The notes: generated from the sequence alone by a model not told the origin. DNA of 64,000 nucleotides from Caecitellus pseudoparvulus (GCA_965644315.1 CBFFRQ010000006.1:117535-181534), one strand, 5' to 3'. Shown: positions 25,279 to 37,889, counted from the stretch's first letter. Translations and numbers: made by a program.

Positions 25279-28200
25279 ATGCCAGCCCTACCGCCGCCCT
25301 CGTCGCCCAGTTCGTACTGCGTCGCTGCCCGAGCCATGCACGCGGCAACTCACACCTCGTCAACGCCTGCCCACAGTCAACCGGCGCAGCAGCAGCCGCC
25401 GGCAGCGCGACTTCGCGCGCCGAGGCAGGGAGCGAGAGCGTGAACGTGCTGCCAAGGAGGCCGAGAAGCTCAAGAGCTTGACCCCTGAGCAGCGCGAGCT
25501 GTACCTGCAGCAGAAAGCCTTGCTGGAAGGCATGGGTGCGCGCAAGATGGACAAGTTGAAAGACGACATGGGCAAGACGATGTCCAGCCCTGGCGAGGCG
25601 GGGCGCAAGGCAGTCAGCCGGCTCATCGGGGCAGTCAAGGGCATGAAGGCCCTCCAGCGTGCCGCGAAGTCGGCGGCTGCCACGGCTGGGGCGGGGTCCC
25701 TCAAGCCCACCATGGCGGGAGAGGGAGTAGGCAAGGGCAAGCCCAAGCCTGGTCCGCCAACTTCCACGCCACAGCAACCGGCTGCCAGTGGAGGGGGTGC
25801 AGCTGCGCCCCCCCCCACCGGCTCACGGCACAAGGTCTCAAAGCCAGGCCAGCCCCCGCCTCCATCGACCCCAGCCGGCGGCAAAACTGCCCCACCAGGT
25901 CAGCCCCCGCCTCCATCCACCCCAGCCGGCGGCAAGACAGCCCCACCAGGCCAGCCACCGCCTCCATCCAGCCCAGCCGGCGGCAAGACAGCCCCACCAG
26001 GCCAGCCCCCACCCCCCAGCAGGAGACCCCCCCCTACAGGCTCACGTGTGAAGGATGGCAAGGCAGTGCCCCCCTCCACAGGGCAGACGACCCCCCCTCC
26101 AGGGGGGAAGAAAAGCAAGGGCCCCAAGGCCAAGGTGGTCGCGTCAGCCAGTGGCGAGAAGCTGCTGCAGCTCGGTGATGGCCGGACAGTGCCGCTGGCT
26201 GCTGCCATGGCGGCGGCGGCGGCTGGGGGGCTGAGCTTGAAGGCTGCAGGTGGCAAGCAGGCGACAGAGGAGGGGTTGGAGGGGCAGGGTTCCCTGGTAC
26301 AGCGCCTGGCGCGGTATGTCCAGGGACGCATGGAGGCGGCAGGGGGTGTGCAGGGGGGGGGCGAGGGCGTGGGTATGGCCACTGCTGCGTTGAAGGCGGG
26401 AGTGACTCCGAAGGTGTTGGAGGCGCTGCTTGCCGACGCGGAAGACCGCAAGCGCGCTGCAGCGAGCGAGGGCAGGCGGCTTCCAGAGAGCACTCTGCCG
26501 GCAGGGACCTTGCCGGGTGTAGCTGACATGGGCAGTCCACTGGGCGCCGAGCAAGCCGCGCGTGTCGTGGCAGCGCTGGAGGGGCGTGATGGCGAAGGGT
26601 ATATTCTGGGCGAGACTGTGCTGGAGGACGGTAGTCGCGTCGTGGCGGTGAGGAGTGATGAAGGGCCAGTCGTGCTGAAGATCGGTGTGGGGGGCACTGT
26701 CACGCCACTGGGCGGGCTGGTGCCGGGCAAGGGCGGCATGCCAGTGGTCACGCTGAACGCTGCCGCCTGTGCCGCAGCAGGCGTGCACGGCACTGTCACG
26801 CTGGCGGACGGCAGTGTGGCGCTGGATGCCGCCATGGCCCTGCTTGACAGCATGCTGCTGCCGCCGAGTCAAGAGCCAGAGGCCACGCAGGGGCAGGCTG
26901 CAGGGACAGACCCCACAGTGCAGGCGGATGGGGCCGCTGCTGACAAGCCGCGCACCCCCGTGCCGGCACTGCCAGCGTCCCTGCACCTGAGTGCCAAGGG
27001 GGTGGTGTCCAGGTCTGAAGCCCGGCCGGGGGAGCAAAATGTCTCCACGCTCGCGGACCTGTTTGGGTCGGCTGCCGCTCAGCAGGCTGCATGGGACACC
27101 GCGTTGGGCATTTTCATCAAGACTGGCAGCGGCAAGGCGGCTGGGGTGGCTGGCGTGGCGGCCGCTCGCAAGGCGGGGGCGGCACCCCCCCCTGGAGCTG
27201 CTGCCGCCCTGCAAGCGGTGCTGGGCAGCCTGCCTCCGCCGCCTGAGCAGTGGAGCGCCGACTCCAAGCACAGGTACTATGCTTGTCTGCTGTCTGCTGC
27301 AGTACAGAAGGTGAGCGTGACAGTGGATGGCGAGGATGGAGGGGCGGAGTCAACGCCAGCGGGGGTTAGACCAGAACAGGCGGTCGATATCGGAGCAGAC
27401 CAACCTGCCCCGAGTGACACGGCCGTGCGCACGGTGAGAGCTGTGGATGCCAAGGCGGCCCTGGGAGGGGGCGACGCCAGTGGCGGAGGCAGCTTGGACA
27501 TCGCCGCCGAAGTGCTGGCGACCACGGGAGATGCAGAGGCTGCTGTGGACGCAGCTCTTGCGACGTGGGAGCAGGGGCAGGATGAGAGTGTCACGCCCGC
27601 TGCCCGAGAGGCCGCCCGTGCTGCGTTGAAGGCCGCAGTGGAGGCGGCAGCTGTGGCTGGGACGGGGGATGCGGCCGACCCTGGCAACCTGCGCCGACAC
27701 ATGGAGTCTGCGCTGGAAGGCGCACGTGTGGAAGTGGGCGAGTGGGTGGAGCTGGGAGGCGACGAGGAGGGCGGAGTGCTGGTCGCAAGTGACGAAGAAG
27801 ACTTCGAGGATGACCCGGGCAGCAAAGCCCTGTTGCCACCCGGGTGGAGAGACGCCGCGCCCCCTGCCTCCAAGACTGCGTCACACGCTGATCGCATCGT
27901 GAGCACCGTGCTGGAGCTGCTGGGGGGCGACCCGCGTGCAGGTGAGGCGGCAGCTGAGGCAGCGGCCAGGGTGTGGGTGCAGACTGGATCGAAGCATGCA
28001 GCAGCTGCCGCTGGGATTGCTGCAGCCAGGGCAGCGCTGGGGGCGTCTGGCTCGCCTGGACAGGTGCGTGGCGAGGCAGAGGCTGGTTTGCGGCGCCTGT
28101 TGGCTTCATTGCCACCGCTCGCGGAAGGCACTGCTGAGGACGAGGCAGTGACGTTTTTCAAACGCCTGTTGGCAGGCAGCATTCCCCGCATCAAGGTGTC

Positions 28201-31200
28201 AGTGGGCGCCAAGCCTGAAGCACCTGCTGCGAAGGAGGGTGTGCGAGGCAAGCTTTACAAGGCGGCGCCAGGGGCGGATGACGACGGGGAGAGTGCCGCG
28301 CCAGCAGTGCGTCGCACAGAGCGGGGCACGGAGGTGGCCGTGGCACGGGAAGCCGCGCTGGCTGAGCTGTTTGGCAACGACGACAGCGCGCTGCAGGCGG
28401 CGGCAGAAGTTGCCGCCAAGGTGCTGGCTGCGACAGGGTCGAAGGAGGCGGCTGCTGCCGCTGGTGTGGCAGCTGCGCGCCAGGCGCTGCGCTGTGCCAA
28501 GGGGGGTGGAAAGGCGGCGGGTGTGTCTGCTGCGGCGGAAGCTGAGCTGTTGAAGCTGCTGCAGGGGGGTGACAGCAGTGGTGGGGACACACCTGCGACT
28601 GCATCGACGCTGCTGGAGGCTGCGAAGCAGCACAAGGTGGTCGTGCAGTCCACAGTGGCCATTGCCGATGTGGAGGTGCTGTCGGGTGAAGTGGGCGGCG
28701 ATGCGCCTGCGCTGGGCAGTGACTCGGAAGAAGAAACGCCCACCACAGCGCGCCCAGCAAGGGACCCCGCTGCCACGGTGCAGACCACGCTGCATGAGCT
28801 GCTGGGAGGCCACGATGAAGTGACTCGCCTCGCAGTGGGTGCTGCGCTGGCCACCCTGCATGCGACGGGCAGCACCGACCTTGCTGCAGCAGCAGCAGTG
28901 GGCGCAGCACAGGAGGCGCTGCAGGCAGCTGGGTATCCCAGTACCACTGTGCGGCGTGGCGCGTCGGCTGCCCTGGCCAAGCTGCTGCAGTCCTTGCCAG
29001 AGGCCCCCGCCTCCATGAGTCAGCAGGCGCGTGAAGCGTTTCGCCTGGACATGCTGCAGGCTGCGGCAACTCACACAAGGCTGGGCTTGCCAGTGGCAGC
29101 TGCTGAGCAGGGCGCTGGTATCCTGGCGCGCGAGCATATGCGTCTGGCTGATGTGGACGACGAGGGTGTTCCTGTGCTGCTGCAGGCGGGAGGAGCGCTG
29201 TGTGATCATGACGCCTGCACGGCGTGTGTGCCGGGAGTAACGCTGCACGTGGAACGGCACGTGCCGCTGCCGTCGTTGTTCGCAGAGAACCAATCTGCCA
29301 TGCAGGCCGCAGCGGAAGGCATGGCAGCGTCCTTACCCCACTGCTGCTCGCGCGAGGGTGCCGTGGCAGCGGGCGTGCTCGCAGCGCGGCAAGCCGCGGC
29401 CTCCAGTGGTGACGTGCTGTCTTCTCGCCTGGGCCGTGAACTGCTGCGTGTGTTGGACGGCGTCGTGGACAGCGCTGACGACCCAGGCGCCATGGAGACC
29501 GACACGGCTTCCCTGCAAGACGCGTTGCAACGAGCGATTCCGGCGCACAGTGTGCGAGTGCGACGGCGAGGGTATGTGCCGTGCAGCATCCCACATACAG
29601 CCCGTGCGGAGGGAGGCGATGCGACTGAAGTGCAGCTGGATGCCGCCCCTGAAATCGCCGCGGGCAGTGTCCCAGGCTGTGCCATGCGTCAGTACACTGT
29701 GGCGCAGCTACTTGGAGGCGATGCCCACGCCGTGCAGGCTGCAGTGCAGCGAGCTGCGTCGTTGTTGTCCATCACAGGCAGTGTGGTCAGTACCGGTGCT
29801 GCGGTGGCCGCAGAGCGCTGCCGCTCCGCGCCTGAATTACAGCCGTTTGAGGAGGCGCTGGGAGTGGCCGTGGCACGCGTGCTGGCGTACACCGCGCGCC
29901 CCGCGCCGCACTGCGCCAGGGAAGCCACGAACCGGTACCACCACTTTCTGGAGCAAGCTTTCACCATGTGCCAGGTGCAGCAGGTGTGTCCTGCCTGTGA
30001 CTCCCCTGGCGCTGTGCCATTGGGTGAGCCCGCTGGCGAAGCGGAAGCAGCTGACACAGACTTCATCAAAGTCGACATCCAGCGCACGACCACCCTCATG
30101 CGCCTGCTGGCATTCCGGGAAGGCTTACTCAGCACGATGCTGGACACTGCCTGCAAAGTGCTCGCGCACACGCGCGGTGCACTGCTGGCTGCTGCAGCGT
30201 GCTTGCCCCCTGCTCGGAGGTTGGAACGGCTGGAACAGCACCCGGAACGCCTGCCCCCCGCCACACAACTCGCAGTGCGCCAACTTCTGCGCCACATACT
30301 GAAGGAGCACGGGGACACGATCGGGGACGAGCCGGAGACTGCGGAACATGCGTGGTGGGTGGCTGCAGCTGCGGCGGCGGGCGAGCTGCCACTGCACATT
30401 CCCGACACGGCGCTCGTGCCACGTCACGTTGGCGCAGTGCCCATGGACAACGCCTGCCCGCACGGCACGTGCGCCGTGTCTATGGCCAGTCTCTTTGCGG
30501 AGTCCCCCGAAGCCGCGGCGGCTGCACAGGCCATGGCGCTGCGTTTTCTTGCTGGCGACGAGCCCAGCGAAGCGGAGGCGGCGTCCCAGGCAGTGGCCTT
30601 GGCGAAACGCATTGCCGCAGAGCAAGCCTCTGAGGTTGGTGTCGCTGACACTGCTGAGTACGCCTTGGCACGGGTGCTGCAGGAGTTGCCACGCCCCCCG
30701 CCCGATTTGGCCGTGGGTGATGCGCGTGCGTTTTTCTACGCACAGGTGCTGGCAGCAGCCTTTGCCCACACGCGAGTGACGGTGCCGGCGTCTGCCGTGC
30801 AGGCAGCACAGGGCATATTGGTGGCGCCACCCCTTGGTGCGACACAGGTGCTTCCGGAAGGCCTCTTGCCGGATGGTGTGGTGTTCACGGCAAACGGCAT
30901 TCTCGTGCATGCCGGGTCGAATGTGCCGCTGGACCCTGAGGCAGCCTTGTTCGTGTGGAATGAGGTCCTGTTCCGGGTGCGTGTGGGCGGCCAGTGTGGG
31001 GGTGTGGGAGGGGAGGTGTGGGCGCTGTTGACGCGTGGTGGCGATGCCAGCGCCGTGCCCAAGCCCCACACCCGCCCCAGCAAGGGCCTGTCTCGCCACG
31101 ACCTCATGCCCCGGCACGGGAAGCAGGTGCTGGGCGACCTACAGGTGGGGGTGCAGTCAGACTTGCCCAGCATATTCACAGCTGCAGGGCTGGTGGACTC

Positions 31201-33745
31201 TGCCGGTGTTCGGGCAGCACAGCGAGCAGCCGTGCTGGGCGGCTCAGATACTACGCGGTTCGGCGTGTGGGAGACGGTGGAGGCCGCCGCACGGTACTTG
31301 CTGACCCACCACACCCTGGACGATGCGTGGTTCGCAGCTCTGCGCAGCTCAGACGCCCACGGCGCCTTCACCACCGTGCCTGGGTCGCAGGACAATGCTC
31401 GCGCCCCAGATCCTGCCGGCCGCGGGGCAGGGGAGGTGTTCGGACCAGATGCCCTGCGCCGACGCCTGGCCACGGACGGGGTGGGCGAGGCAGACCTCGC
31501 GAAAGCCATGCGCGGCATCAAGTGGGCCGCCTGGTTCGCCACTGCCCAGCTGGCTACCATGGTGCACAGCCACGACGAAGCCGCTCGGGCCCTGGCAGCG
31601 GGACACGTGCGCCACCTCGCGGCGCCTGCTCGGCACGTCGCGCAGCGACACAGCGACCCTGCCCCCCCCCGTCGCCTCCTGCACGTGCCAGTGGATGATT
31701 CCCGCATCACTCGTCCAGGGCGCAGAGCAGTGCCGAGCCCGGGCACCCACTCACACCGCCAGGGCTTGCTGCGCCACGCAGCTGGGAAGACACCACAACC
31801 CACGATGTCACATCGTGCCCCGGCGCCGAGTGTGAAGGTTGCGTCATCCCCCAGCCCTCGCTCGCGGTGGGCGGGGGAGATGTCCCATGCGGAGTTGGCG
31901 GCGTGGGGGCCGGATGCCGAGGCCAAGCAGCTGGCAATGGGGAGGGGGGTTATGACCCCCCTTCGGGTTCCCCCCCGTCCGAAGGGGGGGACTGGTGGGG
32001 GTGGTGCCACCAAGGCGGCTGTTCGCCCCGTTGCTCTGCAACCCCGCGACCAGCGGCGTGATACAAGTGATCGGTGCGCCCTGCTGCCGCCAAGCGGCGG
32101 CCTCGCGCCCTCGCCACAACTGCAGCGTCGGCAAAGTGCCGAGCAGAGCGCACCGCAGCCCTCACTTCGTGTGCAGGCGCGTGCCCCGGTGTTGGCTCGC
32201 GTGGAGCTGCCCGGCCATCCAGCCGTGCACGGCGCGTCGCAGGAGCTCGCTGCGACCCACAACACGCGACCCGTCATCCTGACCAGCCCGCGGGAAAGCA
32301 CTCAAGCCGCTCTGTGGGATGATGGCGACGTGGACGGCGGGGAATTGGTCGGCGAGATTGGCGCGACGCTGGACCCTCACACGCCGCCCCCTGCGGCGCA
32401 GCACTCGGCAGCGTCGTCCCCCGCCTCGGTCGCAGCGTCACCGACGCGCACGCTGTCACGACTGTCCACATGCTCCGTGGTCTCAGCGCACAGCCCAGTG
32501 CTGGGGGTGGCACCACCTGACTCGCCCCTGCACGTCGTGCTGCTGGACAAACTGCCACCTGGCAGGGGCGTGACTCCCACCAGCCCACCCCTGTCCGGCC
32601 TACCCCCAACCGTGCCCAGTCCAACGGACAAGGGTGGCGGCAAGCCCCCCCCCATGTTCCTGCCGGAACCCCCCTCCCTGCCCGCCATTGCCCGTGGGTA
32701 CTCCCCCCACAACACCGTCATCGCAGCGCCCCTCCGAACACCCCGCACCATGCCGCCCGCCCCACCAGGCCATTCCACAGTGCCTGCTGGGGCCGTGTAC
32801 CCAGGTCGAGGGGGGGGGCGCCAGCAGCTGCTGCCAGGCACTGCGCCCCCCAGCCCACTGCGCAGCGCAGCACTGCCCCGACGGGCAGTGGATGTGGCCC
32901 TGGCAGCGCTGACAGCTCGAGCTGAGGGTCTGGGGGCGGCAGGCTCGCGCCTGTCCGCAGCTCAGACAACCCCATCCGAGCCCACACACCCCGCCCCCGG
33001 CGCAGTGAGGGCAGGCAGCTTGACGGTGCAGAGTCTGCCAGGCCGGGACATGCCGCTGCTGCGCTCAGGCACGCCTGCGTCAGCGGACACGGTGCGGGCT
33101 GTGGCCAGGCTTGACTCTGCGCTGGCCACAGCTGCCGCAGAACAGGCCACCGCACACCGTGCAACGCGCCAATCGGCCGAGAACCGTGCTGCAGTGCTGG
33201 AAGCCTCTACCCGGCGCCTGGCTCGACAACACCCCGGCCCCGCCCCCCAACTGCAGCCAGGCTCTGAACGCAACAAACCACCTGGACGCCAGACACAGCC
33301 CATGACGCTGCAAGAGGTGCTGGCTGCTGCGGCGGGGTCCCCCCCTCCTCCCCCCCCGCAGGATGTTGCGTCGGCTGCCCGTTTAGCCACGGCGAGTCCA
33401 CCCCCCGAACCACCCTCGGCAGGGGGGGGTGCGCCGGCGTCACCCCCCTCACCCCCGTCCTGGGCAGTGTCACAGCCCCCCCCCTCCTTCACTGGCGAGG
33501 CCCCCTCCCCCACGCTCCCAGTATCCCCCGTCGTACTGCGCAGGGAACTGACCCGTGGTGCAGCTGCCGACGCCGAACGCAGCGCTGCTGTGCGTGGTCG
33601 CCAGCGACGTGCCGAGGGGGGCGTGCTGGCGGGTGGCCGTGGAGCCTGGCGTCGACGAGTGTTGCAGGGCGCTGCGGCCTACGGCGACCGTGCACCTGGG
33701 TCGGCAGGTCGCGCAGGACGACACGGCCTCTCAGGCGCCTCGTAA
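25279..33745 (+). CDS. Large Ala/Pro/Gly-rich protein with about 9 degenerate ~100-aa repeats; probable exons 25279-25309 and 25377-33745; ~2800 aa
   Basis: 8.7-kb open frame. The ATG at 25279 (CACCATG, just after a TATATA) joins it through a 67-nt GTTCGT..CACAG phase-1 intron. Charged helical N-terminus, internal repeats and a Pro-rich disordered C-terminus. Confidence 0.7.
25844..26020 (+). repeat. Coding 51-bp tandem repeat, 3 full copies plus 1 partial (PGQPPPPSTPAGGKTAP)
   Basis: The unit ccaggYcagccMccgcctccatc..cccagccggcggcaaRacWgcccca is visibly repeated head to tail. Confidence 0.9.
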
Positions 33746-33760
33746 TGTATTGCACTTCCC

Positions 33761-34760
33761 TCACAGCTTGCGGATGGCAGGCTGCACGAGGCGCTGCTTG
33801 CCCCGCCGGGCAGGGGCCGCGGCTGCTGATGCTGGCACGTCGCGCCCCGGCTTCACGATGCCGGCTGCGCGGCGGCGCGATTCCTGTCCGTTGCGCCGAG
33901 CGGCTGTAATACGGTCGCGCGCTCGCTGGCCCTGCGCCACGGCAGCTCGCAGCAGCGACCCCTGCTTCACGCCCAGCACGCCCTTGGCCCTGCCGCCAGG
34001 GGCTGCGCCGGAGCCGATGGAGATGCGGATGTTAGGGGCTGCGCTGCCGATGGAGGCGGCGTCGAACACGCCCCCGCCAGAGAGGGCTGCGGCGGTGAGA
34101 GTTTTCCCCTTGGCGGCGCGCTTGCGCTTGACCACGTCCTTGGGCGTCTTGGCAGTGACGTTGAGGCCCTTGGCCTTGCCCTGCTTGGAGGGCGTGCCCG
34201 CCGCCTGCCGCGCCTTGGGCGTGTTCTTCTTCAGCTTCGCCTTCTTTTCTGCGACGGCCTGTGCCTTGGCGCTGCGGGCGGCTGCCGCCTCCGCCGCCGG
34301 CAGGGGCTTGCCCTTCTTCCCGCCGGTCTTGCCGCCTGCCTGGAAGGGCGCCTTGTCCCGCCCACTACTGGCGGTCTTCTTGGACACCGCCTTGTCGCTG
34401 GCAGGCGCCTTGCCGCGGCGCTGTGGTCAAGGGAGGGTCAGGGGCTTGCCATGCTGCCGCTCAGCGCCACGCCGCCTGCGCCACGCACCTTGGACGCGTT
34501 TGCCTCACGCAGCTTCTTGGCCTTGGCTGCTGTGTTCTGAGCAGCACTCTTGCCCTTCGCAGACACGCTGTCCTTCACCTGTGCCCGAGAGCGGCGCCTG
34601 TGTGCCGTCGGCGCCTGTCGCGTGACGTCTGCCGCAACTTGAAACGCACGTCCGCCCTTGGCGCCGCCTTTGCAGCCTTCTTCAGCGCAGCCTGACGCTT
34701 CTTGCTGGATGCGACCAGATCCCCCAGGGACGTCATCAGTGCGCTGGTCGGATCAGCCAT
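33761..34760 (-). CDS. Basic Lys/Ala/Arg-rich low-complexity protein, probably nucleic-acid binding; exons 34760-34650, 34578-34489, 34420-33761; ~286 aa
   Basis: Starts MADPTSALMTSLGDLVASSKKR. Two phase-0 GTGCGT..CAG introns (71 and 68 nt) give one continuous frame ending ...RLVQPAIRKL*. Confidence 0.72.
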
Positions 34761-35032
34761 GGCGCCCACTGGTGCACGCTGCGGCCTGTGTGCGAGAGTC
34801 CTGGCGTGGTGTGCAATTTCCGCTGCACCTTCTGAGATGGCACGGCCAGAGGCCACACGTGACTCCCGGGGCCAGCGCAGGCGAGAAGTGGCATGAATGC
34901 ATGGGGTGAAGGTTGAATGTGTTTTTGGCGGCGATGGGCTCGCCAACTTTGGCACTGCCGCGCAATGAGGGTGTGCGGTCGCGGCGCTTCATCTGGCCGA
35001 GCCGGGCCCAGAACCGCGACGCCAGCCGGGGC

Positions 35033-36295
35033 TCACACTGCACCCAGCATGGCCACCGCAGTCTGCAGACACAGACCGATGAACAGGCCATACTTGCGAG
35101 CCTTGGCCAGAGCCTTGCCTCGCAGTGCCGTCGGCCAGTCGCCTGCGTGCCGCCCGCGCAGCTGTGCGTTGACAGCCTCCAGATGCGCCACCAACACAGA
35201 CGGAGCCTTGATGCCCCGCGTCTGCACTGTTCCCTGGCGGAAAATCAGGTTCCGCAGAGAGTCGGCATGGATGTGTGGGGGGCGACAGCGCGCCGACGGC
35301 TTGAACATGTCCGGGAAACGCGACGCCAACTCGGCAACAGCAGCATCGATGACTTGCTTGCTCGCTGGCGCGAGGCGGCTGGGCAGGTCCACCTCCTGCA
35401 CTGACTCGGCTTTGTTCAGCGCAAGGAAGAGCTCCTTCACCTCCTCGTCGCCACCCACGCGGTGCAGGTTCACGAGCAACTCACAGTCCAAGTCGGCAGG
35501 GGCACCCGGCGCCTCCAAAACTTGCTGAAACGCCAGCAGGCGATGCTGCCCGTCCACCACCCCGCACGCCTGGGGCGTACCGATGGAGCTCCGCCGATCT
35601 CCCTGCAAAGCAAAGCATGTGATGACGCCAGGAGGGCAGTGCAGGCGCCCTTGGCTGCTCAGCGTGGCCTGCACTGCCGCAGCAATCGCATCAACACGCT
35701 CTTGACTCGGCTGCCGCTGCAGGTGCCAAACTGGGACACAGCGCAGCAACGCACGGCACGACACACAGTGCACTTCCATGGACCCCAAGATAACGAGGAG
35801 TCTTCCAGAAGTTCCCCATGGTGCCGTGCCACCCTCGCCTTGTGGGGCCTTGGGCGTTGGCGCTGCGAAGCTGCGGTGACTTGCTTCGTGCTCTGGCAAG
35901 CTGCCTGGCGAGCCTGCCCCGACCTCCGAGCCCAGTAATGGGCTAAGGGGTTCGTGCACGGACGGGCTGTGTGGGGGCAGCAGACTGCCCTGCTCTGTGG
36001 CTTCCAGCGCAGCAGGTGGGCTGCGCAGCTGCAGGGTGTTGAGGGAGCGAAACACCGCAGCAGCTTTCGGCATGGGCTCCGCAAGCAGCGCGGAGATGGA
36101 CGACTTGCGGCTGCGCAGGCTCTGCAGGCGACTGCTCCGTCGCTTTCGAACATCTTGGACAAGGGGGCTCGGCCCTCTTTCGCTGCTCAGGCGCGTGGAG
36201 CCGCGAGACAGCTTGCGTTGCGGCGTGTGGGCCAGTGACGCACTTGCCTCATGTGCAAGCGGCGAGGCATCGTCTACGCGATCCTCAGCAGCCAT
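35033..36295 (-). CDS. DGQHR-motif (ParB/Srx-like, DndB-related) domain protein, 420 aa
   Basis: Ser/Arg/Pro-rich N-terminal arm, then QRQPSQERVDAIA...GVITCF...GVVDGQHRLLAF...VKELFLALNKA. The QR / DGQHR / FxxxN triad is characteristic of this domain; DGQHR lies at 35540-35554. Confidence 0.78.
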   Translation of the reverse strand: MAAEDRVDDASPLAHEASASLAHTPQRKLSRGSTRLSSERGPSPLVQDVRKRRSSRLQSLRSRKSSISALLAEPMPKAAAVFRSLNTLQLRSPPAALEATEQGSLLPPHSPSVHEPLSPLLGSEVGAGSPGSLPEHEASHRSFAAPTPKAPQGEGGTAPWGTSGRLLVILGSMEVHCVSCRALLRCVPVWHLQRQPSQERVDAIAAAVQATLSSQGRLHCPPGVITCFALQGDRRSSIGTPQACGVVDGQHRLLAFQQVLEAPGAPADLDCELLVNLHRVGGDEEVKELFLALNKAESVQEVDLPSRLAPASKQVIDAAVAELASRFPDMFKPSARCRPPHIHADSLRNLIFRQGTVQTRGIKAPSVLVAHLEAVNAQLRGRHAGDWPTALRGKALAKARKYGLFIGLCLQTAVAMLGAV

Positions 36296-36785
36296 GCTCT
36301 GGGCACGTTTGCCTACTTACTAATGTCTCAAGCTGGCTGTTGCCTGGGGAGTGGGGACCGGTGCCTGGGAGCTGTGAGGTAGCTGGTGCTGCGGAGCAAC
36401 GCAGGAAGCGTGAGTTGACCCCACACCCCGCGGCAGGCACTGTGCACAGCGACAGGGGGGCAAGGGGCCGGAGTCGCGACGGAGTCAGTATTTTTGTTCG
36501 GCGAGTTTTGCCCTTCTGATTTGCTGGGAGGTGTGCTTGGTTTGGACTGTGCCAAGAGGTGCAAGCGATTCTCACATGGCCGTTTCGCAGATACGCACGC
36601 CAGCCAATACCCCGCACTCTAAACAAAACAACAGATCCGGGAAGCTCACTCTGCCTCCCGTCGAGCTTTGGGTGCTGGGGCTGCTTTGAGGCTCAGACTG
36701 GGTGGCAAGGAGCGCGCAGCCCCTCTCAAAGTTGCCGCCCAACGAAAGCGAGTTCCAGACACAGCACCACTTGCCCAGACGCAGC

Positions 36786-37889
36786 ATGCAAGGCTCAGGC
36801 GCCGAACTTGAAGATGGCACAGAGTGTACAAGATGTGGTCGCTCCGGAAGCGATGTGCTTGGCCGCCATGTCCAGCTGCTGTACACGGAATGCGGGCACT
36901 GCATGTGCGTGTGGCGTTTCGCTTGCGCTGCTCGGCGAAACGCAAGTGCTTCGACGCTGGATGCCTCCCTCACAGCTGCGATAAGTGCAAGAAGCGCATG
37001 TTCCAGGGGAAGTCAGCAGCGCTGTGTCCCAGGTGCAACAGCGTCATGCGCCTGCATTTGCTGACGACGAAGAGCCCCGCCGAGAAGTCCTTCGAGCACG
37101 AGCTGCACATCCGCAGGCGTCTCAGTGAAATGTGCGTGCCGCCTGCGCCGCTGGGTGGCTCGCCTGCCAGTCGCTACAAGCAGCCCTGCAAGAGCCTGCA
37201 GATTCAACAAACGGCGGGAAGACTTCGACAGCCTGGAGGCGTACAATGAGTACTTGGAGATGGTGGAGGAGAAAGGTGCGTGGTGCCAGGCCAGCGCAGT
37301 GAACCAGACAGGCCACGCAGCCACCTGCCCCACGCCACGCTGCCCAGCTGACGCCCTTCGCTCTGGAGGGGACAAGGAGGCGGTGGAAGCAGCCCTGGCC
37401 CAGTACAAGAGCTTGCACGCGCGGGAGATCAACCTGGCCACCGAGGCAGCCCGCCGACGCCGAGAGATGGAGCAGGTGCAAGCCAAACACGACATCGCAC
37501 TGAGACTGCAGCGTGCCGCAGCTGCCAACCCGAAGGACGCCTACGCACAGGAAGCTGCCGAGGCTGCTGCTGCTGCCGCAAGGGCGGCCTCACACTCTGC
37601 CGCTGCCCCAGGCTCACACGCAGGACAGGGGGTGGCTGGGCCGACACTGGAGGCAGTGCACTTGAGACCACTGCCGAGGCGGGCGGCGCCTGAACTGGGC
37701 CCTGTTGTGGCTGACCCCGCCGTGCGTGCGGAGAGGTTCTGGGTGCAGCATCGTGGGGGCAAGATACCGCCAGGCATCAGCCGCAGGAAGCTGGAAGCCA
37801 GCGTGCAGGGCGCCACGAAGTTGGCTGGTGGGCTTGACGCAGCTGCGGTGAAGGAGAGGCTCCTGCGAGACACCATGGCTGGGTTGTGA
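36786..37889 (+). CDS. MNAT1: CDK-activating kinase assembly factor MAT1/Tfb3; exons 36786-36904, 36976-37131, 37202-37275, 37348-37889; ~296 aa
   Basis: Spliced N-terminal C3HC4 RING (CTRC...CGHCICDKC...CPRC), followed by ELHIRRRLSEIFNKRREDFDSLEAYNEYLEMVEE. Three GTGCGT introns of 71, 70 and 72 nt. Confidence 0.88.

Noticed and set aside
25844-26020. 51-bp repeats as CRISPR or a mobile-element end
   Set aside because: In-frame coding tandem repeat with third-position variation and no unique spacers.
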